A DNA stretch of 64,000 bases from Burkholderiaceae bacterium. GTDB taxonomy: Bacteria; Pseudomonadota; Gammaproteobacteria; Burkholderiales; Burkholderiaceae_C. The position numbers were made by a program, and so were the translations under genes. Below, piece after piece: positions 57,440 to 64,000 of this stretch. Numbering within the stretch: the first letter of the stretch is position 1; every line of letters begins with the position of its first letter. The stretch spans positions 1,451,784 through 1,515,783 of the forward strand of contig CP126124.1 of assembly GCA_030123545.1 (NCBI GenBank). Direction: 5' to 3'. Below the pieces are notes generated by a model. The model was not told the DNA's origin and ran no database searches. It worked only from the letters and a program-made list of their open reading frames with translations.

Positions 57440-58702
57440 ATGAGCCAGGACGATTCCCCTGACCTTGCGCCGCAAGCGGGCAAGGTCGCGCCCGAGGCGG
57501 TGGCGCTGCGCGCCCAGCCGCGCGCGGTCACGCGCCTGAACCGGCGCACGCTGGCCATGCTCACCGGCGGCCTGTCGGTCGCCGTGCTCGGGGCTACGAT
57601 CTGGTCATTGCAGCCGCACCGGCGCGCGGGTGAGCAGACCGAGCTGTACAACGTCGATCGCGTGTCGAAGTCCGAAGGGCTGGATGGCTTGCCTTCGGAT
57701 TACTCCAAGCTGCCAAAGGTGCCGGAGCTGGGGCCGCCGCTGCCGGGCGACCTTGGCCCGGCCATCGTGAAGTCGCAGCAGCCCGTGACGCCCACCTACG
57801 CGCCGCCGGGCCACGACCCGGAGGATGCACGGCGCAAGGAAGCTGAAGCGGCAGCAGCTTCCTCGGTGTTCTTCCGCTCGGGCACGCCTGGCAAGACCGC
57901 CGCGCCAGCGACTGCGCAAGTCGCTGCGGCTGGCCAAGCATCGGCCTTGGCGGGCTTCGACCCGCTCGCCGCCGGGCCGGCCTCGACGGCGGCCCAGCCT
58001 GCCGACCCAACCGCCACGCAGAACCGGCAAGACCAGAAAGAGGCGTTCCTGAAAGGCGGCTCTACGGAAACCCGCAATTCCGGGAATCTGAAAATGCCGT
58101 CCTCGTCGTATCAGGTCATGGCCGGGACGGTGATCGCGGGGGCGCTTGTGACAGGTATCAAGTCGGACTTGCCGGGCGACGTGATCGCCACGGTGACGGA
58201 GCCGGTCTATGACTCGGCCACGGGCAAGTTTCTTTTGATCCCGCAGGGGTCACGCATCCTGGGCAAATACAACAGCCAGGTCAGCTATGGGCAGAGCCGG
58301 GTTCAGGTGGTGTGGAACCGGGTCATCCTGCCTGACACGTCCTCGCTGACGCTCGACAACCTCGTGGGCACCGATCCGGCCGGCTATTCCGGCCTGGAAG
58401 ACGGTGTGGACTACCACTGGAGCCGCATCGTCGCAGGCGCGGCGCTGACGACGCTGCTGGGCGTGGGCGCCGAGCTGGCTGCGCCGGAGAACCGGCAGGA
58501 TGGCAACCGCATCGTGATCGCCGGGCGTGACAGCGCGCAGGACAGCATCAATCAGGTCGGGCAGGAGATGACCCGGCGCAACATGAACGTGCAGCCGACG
58601 CTGACGGCGCGGCCGGGCCTGCCGGTTCGGGTGATCGTGGCGCGCGACCTCGTGTTGCGTCCTTACCAACCCATGTTCTATCAGCTTGGAGGTGCACGAT
58701 GA
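57440..58702 (+). CDS. trbI: TrbI (VirB10 family)
   Basis: 420 aa: Pro-rich linker, then the C-terminal TrbI domain. Confidence 0.9.
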   Translation: MSQDDSPDLAPQAGKVAPEAVALRAQPRAVTRLNRRTLAMLTGGLSVAVLGATIWSLQPHRRAGEQTELYNVDRVSKSEGLDGLPSDYSKLPKVPELGPPLPGDLGPAIVKSQQPVTPTYAPPGHDPEDARRKEAEAAAASSVFFRSGTPGKTAAPATAQVAAAGQASALAGFDPLAAGPASTAAQPADPTATQNRQDQKEAFLKGGSTETRNSGNLKMPSSSYQVMAGTVIAGALVTGIKSDLPGDVIATVTEPVYDSATGKFLLIPQGSRILGKYNSQVSYGQSRVQVVWNRVILPDTSSLTLDNLVGTDPAGYSGLEDGVDYHWSRIVAGAALTTLLGVGAELAAPENRQDGNRIVIAGRDSAQDSINQVGQEMTRRNMNVQPTLTARPGLPVRVIVARDLVLRPYQPMFYQLGGAR

Positions 58703-58944
58703 GTACCGCCCGAAAACTCCGTCTTGGCCCACTACCGTCCAGCGGCAGTACGAAGCTGACTTTCACCTGCCCGGCCAGCCTGAAAGCTGACCTCGATGCC
58801 TACGCCGCGCTGCACGCGCAGGCGTATGGCGAGGCGGTCGATGCGGTGACGCTGATCCCGCACATGCTGGAGGCGTTCATGGCGGGGGATCGGGGATTCA
58901 GGAAGGGAAGTGGGAACAAGGCCGCACCGCCGAAGCCGGGTTGA
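58699..58944 (+). CDS. DUF2274 domain protein
   Basis: 81 aa: LRLGPLPSSGSTKLTFTCPASLKADLDAYAALH. Last gene of the trb operon. Confidence 0.7.
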   Translation: MSTARKLRLGPLPSSGSTKLTFTCPASLKADLDAYAALHAQAYGEAVDAVTLIPHMLEAFMAGDRGFRKGSGNKAAPPKPG

Positions 58945-58977
58945 CGATGCGGGCGCATCCAGCATCCGCTCACGATG

Positions 58978-59010
58978 AAAGCGCAGCCCGAGGGCTGCGC
59001 TTTCGCTTTG
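58978..59010 (+). terminator. stem-loop terminator after the trb operon
   Basis: AAAGCGCAGCC-CGAG-GGCTGCGCTTT followed by a T-rich CGCTTTG. Confidence 0.65.
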
Positions 59011-59216
59011 AGGTGGATTGCGACAAGCAGGGGCATAAGATGGCTACGCGATCTTGCCCGCTGCGGCGCCCCTGCGTTTGCCACCGCAAAGCGCCTATGT
59101 GGCACCTAGCTAGAAATGCAGCAAGAGCGCGCCGCAGCCTGAATCTAGGCTAACCTATTGCCCCATAAGACCTTTTGCGCCGCTGCATGACCTCAAAAGG
59201 GACTTGACAGCGGACA

Positions 59217-59224
59217 TTTTTCAT
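59217..59224. repeat. attR core TTTTTCAT
   Basis: Exact copy of 13834-13841. Chromosomal ABC-transporter sequence follows immediately. Confidence 0.8.
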
Positions 59225-59233
59225 TGGGGGTGA

Positions 59234-59611
59234 CCGGGTTCCGCGGGAAGTCGACACCTGTTCTCGAATCATGGGCCCATCGGGCCGCGCAGACGGCTGT
59301 CGCCGGTCGAATCGTCGGGTCGCCGGTTCGTGGCCACCAGTCCTGCGAGCTTGCCCCGGCTGTTCCTGCTCGACGAGCCTTGCGCGGGGTTGTCTCCGGA
59401 GGAGACACAACATCTCTCCGGTGTGATCGCGCGTACGGTGCGCGCGCTTGGAGCGAGCGCGCTGATCGTCGAGCATGACATGGCGGCGGTGGAGGCGCTC
59501 GCCGACCGTGTCTACGTGCTGCACCAGGGGCGGTTGCTCGCCGCTGGGAGCTACGCCGAGATTCGGGCGGATGCGGACGTGCAGGCGGTTTATGCAGGTG
59601 GACGCAAATGA
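59234..59611 (+). pseudogene. 5'-truncated LivG/UrtD-like ABC transporter ATPase remnant
   Basis: Only the Walker B and downstream region are present (RLFLLDEPCAGLSPEE...IVEHDMAAV...VLHQGRLLAAGSYAEI). There is no Walker A. The frame opens right after a TGA at 59231. Confidence 0.75.
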
Positions 59612-60146
59612 ATCGCGATGCGCAGCGGCCGCTGCTGCGGTTCGAGAATCTCGCGGGCGGCTACGGCGATACCGCGGTGTTGCGCGGGCTGGACGGCGGT
59701 GTGGCCCCGGCGCGCACGCTCGGTGTGCTCGGGCGCAACGGCGTCGGCAAGACAACGCTGCTGCGGCTGCTGATGGGTTACAACCGACCGTTCTCGGGCA
59801 CGGTGCATTGGCGTGATCGCGATCTCGCGCGGTTGCCGCCGTTCGCGCGACGCCGGATCGGCATCAGCTACGCGCCGCAGGAATCCGTCGTGTTCGACGA
59901 ACTCACGGTGTTCGACAATCTGACGTTGCACCGCACCTCGCGCGTGCTCGACGACTACGCGCGGTATTTCGACGCGTTCCCGCGCTTGGCGCAGCGTTTG
60001 CGTCAGCTGGCCGGCAGCCTGAGCGGCGGCGAGAAGAAGCTGGTTTCGTTCGTGCGCGTGCTTGCCGAGAGTTCGCCGCTGACCCTGCTCGACGAGCCGA
60101 CCGAAGGCGTGCAGCAGGAGAATATCGCGATCATGGCTGCGCTCGT

Positions 60147-61576
60147 GGGAGTGTCTGAATTTTTGTGTGCGAGGTGCTCGGAGACTTGTCCACGGCGGCG
60201 TGCGTCGCTTGCGACGAACGCAAAGCCGCGGTGGGCAAGTCGGTCTCCATCTTACGCACCGGCCTTCGTGAACCGATCTTCGTAGAGGATCGCGAATTGG
60301 TTCATTGCCTCCTTCCAGTTGTGCGCCGCGCGGCTCCAGTCGGCCGTGATGTTGCGCAGCGCCAGCCAGATCAGCTTGGTGGCCGCGTCGTCGCTGGGGA
60401 AGTGGCCGCGGGTCTTGATGATCTTCCTCAGCCGCGCGTTGATGCTCTCGATCGCGTTGGTGGTGTAGATCACTCTGCGGATGGACGGCGGGAACGCGAA
60501 GAACGGAATCACGCGATCCCAGGCCCGGCGCCAGGCGCCCGCGACGGTGGGGAACTTCTGGCCCCAGGGACCGCGCTCGAAGGCATCGAGCTCGGCCTGT
60601 GCCGCCTCGGCGCTGGTGGCCGTGTAGATCGGCTTGATGGCCGCGGCCAGCGCCTTCCTGTCCTTCCAACTCGCGTAGTCCAGCGAGTTGCGGATCAAGT
60701 GCACGATGCACGTTTGCAGCGTGGTGGCCGGGAACACCGCGCCCAGGGCCTCGGCCATGCCCTTGAGGCCATCGGTGACGGCGATCAGAATGTCGCCCAC
60801 GCCGCGGGTCTTCAGGTCGTTGAACACCTTCATCCAGAACTTGGCACCCTCGGTGCCTTCGATCCACAGCCCCAGGATGTCGCGCGTACCGTCGGGAAGG
60901 ATCCCCAGGGCCAGGTAGATGGCCTTGTTGCGCACCACCGCGTCTTCCCTGATCTTCACGCGCAGCGCGTCGAAGAACACCACCGGGTACATCGGCTCCA
61001 AGGGCCGCGCTTGCCAAGCCGTCACCTCGGCCATGACCGCGTCGGTGACCGAGCTGATGAACTCGGCGCTGACCTCGACACCGTAGCTCTCTTGCAAGAA
61101 ACCCTGGATCTCGCGCATGGTCATGCCGCGCGCGTACATGGCGATGATCTTGTCATCGAAGCCGGTGAAACGGCGCTCGTGCTTGGGGATCAAGAGCGGC
61201 TCGAAACTGCCTTCGCGATCGCGTGGCACCTCGATGCGCAGCGGGCCATCATCGGTCAGTACGGTCTTGGCGCTCTTGCCGTTGCGCTGGTTGGCCGCCC
61301 CCTCGGGCTTGGCGTCGCCGCTCGGGTAGCCCAGGTGGTGGCCGAGTTCGGCGCCCAGCGCGCGCTCGATCAGCGCCTTCTTGAACGCCATCGACGCGGC
61401 GTTGACCGCCTCGCCGCTCATCGGGCCGGTCACGAACCGGTCAATCAGTTCCCTCGGGATCGACGGCAGCGCCGCCGACCTGGCGGCTATGGCCGCGTTC
61501 TTCATCTTCGTCTTGCTTGGCATACATGCTCCTGGTCGTCATCCTATGCCTCGCACACAAAATTCAGGACAGGCTC
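60147..61576 (-). mobile_element. IS256-family insertion sequence (1430 bp)
   Basis: Imperfect terminal inverted repeats of about 28 bp (GGGAGTGTCTGAATTTTTGTGTGCGAGG versus the reverse complement GAGCCTGTCCTGAATTTTGTGTGCGAGG). 8-bp target duplication GCGCTCGT at 60139-60146 and 61577-61584. Confidence 0.9.
60252..61523 (-). CDS. IS256-family (Mutator-type) DDE transposase
   Basis: 423 aa: VFFDALRVKIRED, ILIAVTDGLKG, TTNAIESIN. Confidence 0.93.
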   Translation of the reverse strand: MPSKTKMKNAAIAARSAALPSIPRELIDRFVTGPMSGEAVNAASMAFKKALIERALGAELGHHLGYPSGDAKPEGAANQRNGKSAKTVLTDDGPLRIEVPRDREGSFEPLLIPKHERRFTGFDDKIIAMYARGMTMREIQGFLQESYGVEVSAEFISSVTDAVMAEVTAWQARPLEPMYPVVFFDALRVKIREDAVVRNKAIYLALGILPDGTRDILGLWIEGTEGAKFWMKVFNDLKTRGVGDILIAVTDGLKGMAEALGAVFPATTLQTCIVHLIRNSLDYASWKDRKALAAAIKPIYTATSAEAAQAELDAFERGPWGQKFPTVAGAWRRAWDRVIPFFAFPPSIRRVIYTTNAIESINARLRKIIKTRGHFPSDDAATKLIWLALRNITADWSRAAHNWKEAMNQFAILYEDRFTKAGA

Positions 61577-61750
61577 GCGCTCGTTCGCGAACGGCAGCGA
61601 ACCGGCGCGGCGTTCATCATCGTCGAGCAGAATCTCGGCTTTCTGCGCGAGGTGATGGACGACGTGATGGTGCTCGACCACGGCCGCTGCGTGTTGCAGG
61701 GCGCTGCCGCGGCGTATTCGCGCGAAGCGCTGGAGCGGCACTTGATGGTC

Positions 61751-61802
61751 TAGGGCCTGTTCACGCTAAAACGCGCTCCCGCTTTAGCGTGAACAGGCCC
61801 TA
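61751..61802. terminator. perfect 20-bp-stem hairpin between convergent genes (bidirectional terminator candidate)
   Basis: TAGGGCCTGTTCACGCTAAA - 12-nt loop - TTTAGCGTGAACAGGCCCTA. Each arm contains the stop codon of one flanking gene. Confidence 0.7.
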
Positions 61803-62576
61803 GACCGTGATCCACCCGGTCCCGCGCACCGGGTCCGCGACGTCGACGTCTTCGGCCGCGCGGCCGAGGGCGTCGGCGAGCGCGGTGCGTGCGAGTTCCG
61901 GCCGGTTATTCTGACGGCTCAGGTGCGCTGCAACGACGCGGTTCAACCCGGGATGCGCAAGCGAGCGCGCGATCTCGGCGGCCTGCGCATTCGCAAGGTG
62001 ACCTCGCGGCCCACCGACCCGCTTCTTCAGATGCGGCGGGTAGTTCGACGCGGCCAGCAGCGCCGGCTCGTGGTTGCATTCGAGCAGCAACGCGTTGCAC
62101 GACTGCAGTTGCTCCAGCACATGCGCGGTACCGTGCCCGAGGTCGGTCAGCACGCCGAGCCGCGACGCGCCGTCGCTGCAGCACAGTTGCAGCGGCTCGC
62201 GCGCGTCGTGCGGTACGGTGAACGGCAGGATCTGTAGCGCACCGAGGTCGATCACCTGGCCGTCGCGCGCGATGCGGCCGGATTCGTCAGGCCGAGGTCC
62301 GCCCAGCGCGGCCCAGGTGCCATGGCTCGTCCACAGCGAAATGCCCTCGCGCCGCGCGAGCTGGGCCGCGCAGCCGATATGGTCGCTGTGCTCATGGGTG
62401 ACGAACACCGCGTCGATCTGCTGCGCCATGAGCCCGGCGCGCTCGAGCCGCGCGTCGAACTGCTTGAGCGCAAAACCGCAATCGATCAGCAGGCGCGTGG
62501 TGAGAGTGCCGCTTTGGGCCTCGACCAGCGTTGCGTTGCCGGAACTGCCGCTGCCCAGGCTGACGAACCTCAGCAT
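61800..62576 (-). CDS. MBL-fold metallo-hydrolase
   Basis: 258 aa from MLRFVSLGSGSSGNATLVE: THEHSDH. Only the 3' part of track ORF 61800..63680 is real. Confidence 0.85.
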   Translation of the reverse strand: MLRFVSLGSGSSGNATLVEAQSGTLTTRLLIDCGFALKQFDARLERAGLMAQQIDAVFVTHEHSDHIGCAAQLARREGISLWTSHGTWAALGGPRPDESGRIARDGQVIDLGALQILPFTVPHDAREPLQLCCSDGASRLGVLTDLGHGTAHVLEQLQSCNALLLECNHEPALLAASNYPPHLKKRVGGPRGHLANAQAAEIARSLAHPGLNRVVAAHLSRQNNRPELARTALADALGRAAEDVDVADPVRGTGWITV

Positions 62577-62593
62577 GGCAGCGGCCTGCGTTC

Positions 62594-63700
62594 TCAGTTC
62601 AGGTCGTCGGCGATGACCTGGACGATGCGCTTCGCGTTGGCCGAGGCGTCGGGCGCGCCGTTCGGATCCTGCACCGACACCGTGGTCGAATTGCCCTGGC
62701 TCTGCAGCGCAATGCGGTATTGCAGCGGCTTGGTGGTCTTTTCCGATGCGCCGAACATTTTCGCGAAGAAGCCCGGCTCCTTGGTCTGCACGGTCGGATC
62801 GACGTAGCGGACGTAATACAGGCCCTTGCTGCGGTCGCGGTCCTCGACGGTGAAGCCGGCGCGGTCCAGCGTGAGGCCGACGCGGCGCCAGGCGCGCTCG
62901 AAGTCCTCGCCCATCTGCAGCACCGGCTGGTTGTTCAGCGTGGTCACGCGCGCGACCGGCTTGACCACGGCGGCCGTTGCCAGCAGTTCTTTCGCCTGCT
63001 GTTCGGTCGCGCCGAGCCGGATCATCAGCCGGCGCAGGAAGATCGCCTCCAGCCCCGGATCGGGCGGCCGCGGCTCCCAGATGGTCTGGGTCTTCTGTGC
63101 ATCGGTGTAGACCTCGACCATGCCCTGATGGGTGATGTAGATGTCGGTCGTGTCCGGGCCCGCGCGCTCGAGCCGGGTGCGGAAGCGGTCGCGCTCGCCG
63201 GTGTCGTACAACGAGCCGAACACCTTGCCGATCGTGCGGCGGATGATGTCCTGCGGCAGCTTCGCGTGGTTCTCGGCCCAGTCGGTTTCCATCACGCCGA
63301 GCTTGCGGTCGTCCTCCGTCAGCAGAAAGCCGTTCTCCTGCCAGAACTCGCGCACCGGCTCCCACAGTTTGTCGGCCGGGCGGTTCACCACCAACCAGCG
63401 GTCGTTGCCGTCGCGCTCGATGTGCATGTCGCCGATCGCGGTCGGCGCCGTGCCCACCTGCTCGCTCGTCGCCTTTGTCTGCGCGGTCTGGTAGCCGCTC
63501 GCCGTCACCGCGGCACCGGGGATCGCGTAGCGATTGTCGGCCGCGAGTTGCGTCAGATCCGGCGGCACATCGAGGCCGGGCCCGGAGCGCGCGCTCTTGT
63601 AGTCGACTTTGTCGCCCTGCAGCGACGAGCAGGCGGAAAGCGCCACCGCGACCAGGACCAGCAGCGCCGGCCGGGCGCATCGATTCAGTTTCAGTTTCAT
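62594..63700 (-). CDS. bamC: outer-membrane protein assembly factor BamC (NlpB)
   Basis: 368 aa from MKLKLNRCARPALLVLVAVALSAC lipobox. Adjacent to dapA. Confidence 0.8.
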   Translation of the reverse strand: MKLKLNRCARPALLVLVAVALSACSSLQGDKVDYKSARSGPGLDVPPDLTQLAADNRYAIPGAAVTASGYQTAQTKATSEQVGTAPTAIGDMHIERDGNDRWLVVNRPADKLWEPVREFWQENGFLLTEDDRKLGVMETDWAENHAKLPQDIIRRTIGKVFGSLYDTGERDRFRTRLERAGPDTTDIYITHQGMVEVYTDAQKTQTIWEPRPPDPGLEAIFLRRLMIRLGATEQQAKELLATAAVVKPVARVTTLNNQPVLQMGEDFERAWRRVGLTLDRAGFTVEDRDRSKGLYYVRYVDPTVQTKEPGFFAKMFGASEKTTKPLQYRIALQSQGNSTTVSVQDPNGAPDASANAKRIVQVIADDLN

Positions 63701-63717
63701 GAATGGAATGGGGTGGG

Positions 63718-64000
63718 TCACAGCAGGCCGGACGCGCGCAGCGCGGCTTCGACCACGGCCCGGCTCGCCGGTGCGATCGGCGTCATCGGCAGGCGCATCG
63801 TTTCGCCGCACAGGCCGAGGCGCGCCATCGCCCACTTGAGCGGCATCGGGTTCGCCTCGACGAACAGGTGCTTGTGCAGCGGCATCAGCCGGCGCTGCAG
63901 TTCCATCGCGCGCCGCGCGTCGCCGGCAATCGCGGCAACGCACAACTCGTGCATCGCGCGCGGTGCGATGTTCGCGGTGACGCTGATGTTGCCCTGGCCG
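63718..64000 (-). CDS. dapA: 4-hydroxy-tetrahydrodipicolinate synthase; C-terminal part, 5' end outside the window
   Basis: ...[37 protein letters not shown]... Confidence 0.85.
   Translation of the reverse strand, partial: GQGNISVTANIAPRAMHELCVAAIAGDARRAMELQRRLMPLHKHLFVEANPMPLKWAMARLGLCGETMRLPMTPIAPASRAVVEAALRASGLL

Larger units (their letters stand above)
13834..59224. mobile_element. Tn4371-family integrative conjugative element, about 45.4 kb, with heavy-metal resistance cargo
   Basis: 8-bp direct repeat TTTTTCAT at 13834-13841 and 59217-59224, the published Tn4371 att core. Gene order is int ... repA parA traF relaxase [cargo] traG trbBCDEJLFGI. Confidence 0.9.
59608..61753 (+). pseudogene. 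LivF-like ABC transporter ATPase disrupted by an IS256-family insertion
   Basis: GRNGVGKTT, LSGGEKK and LLDEPTEGVQ lie before the IS. The reading frame resumes after the TSD as ...AALVRERQRTGAAFIIVEQNLGFL... Confidence 0.85.

Noticed and set aside
58941-59216. Small ORFs (58941..59153 +, 58800..59105 -) at the ICE right end
   Set aside because: They have no RBS, poor composition, and overlap the trb-operon terminator. This is more likely the integrase/excisionase arm region of attR.
61800-63943. 626-aa and 449-aa minus-strand ORFs
   Set aside because: These are upstream out-of-frame or in-frame extensions of the MBL hydrolase (real start 62576) and BamC (real start 63700, lipobox right after the start).

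Overview
High-GC (roughly two-thirds G+C by eye) betaproteobacterial chromosome segment that looks Burkholderiaceae-like; the taxon is inferred from gene order and composition only. Left flank (1-13.8 kb): a LacI-controlled nucleobase permease/amidohydrolase operon, then housekeeping genes ftsB-eno-DUF1330-kdsA-pyrG, coaBC, dut, an FKBP isomerase, a JmjC/cupin oxygenase and an Ala-rich lipoprotein. Centre (13834-59224, about 45.4 kb): a complete Tn4371-family integrative conjugative element (ICE) bounded by the 8-bp direct repeat TTTTTCAT. It carries int, an int-proximal set of small genes (DUF1016 nuclease, radC, Zn-ribbon orphan, two DUF2958, DUF932, ParB-like, DUF736), an XRE/DUF2285/excisionase-like regulatory block, repA-iterons-parA-RHH, traF, a DUF3363 relaxase, about 14 kb of heavy-metal cargo (MerR regulator, P1B ATPase with duplicated HMA domains, His/Gly-rich double zinc ribbon plus ZIP transporter, czcRS, czcI-like, czcCBA, LysR), an EexN exclusion lipoprotein, traG and trbBCDEJLFGI. 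Right flank: a 5'-truncated livG-like ABC ATPase, a livF-like ATPase split by an IS256-family element with an 8-bp target duplication, an MBL-fold hydrolase, bamC and the 3' end of dapA. I found no recognisable new multi-gene defence or enzymatic system. The least explained signal is a set of structured GC-rich non-coding repeat families (A, B, C) in the int-proximal third of the ICE. The A copies form three [repeat-RBS-gene-terminator] cassettes, and the B and C copies keep hairpins through compensatory substitutions. All protein-family calls come from reading the translations by eye; no database search was run.
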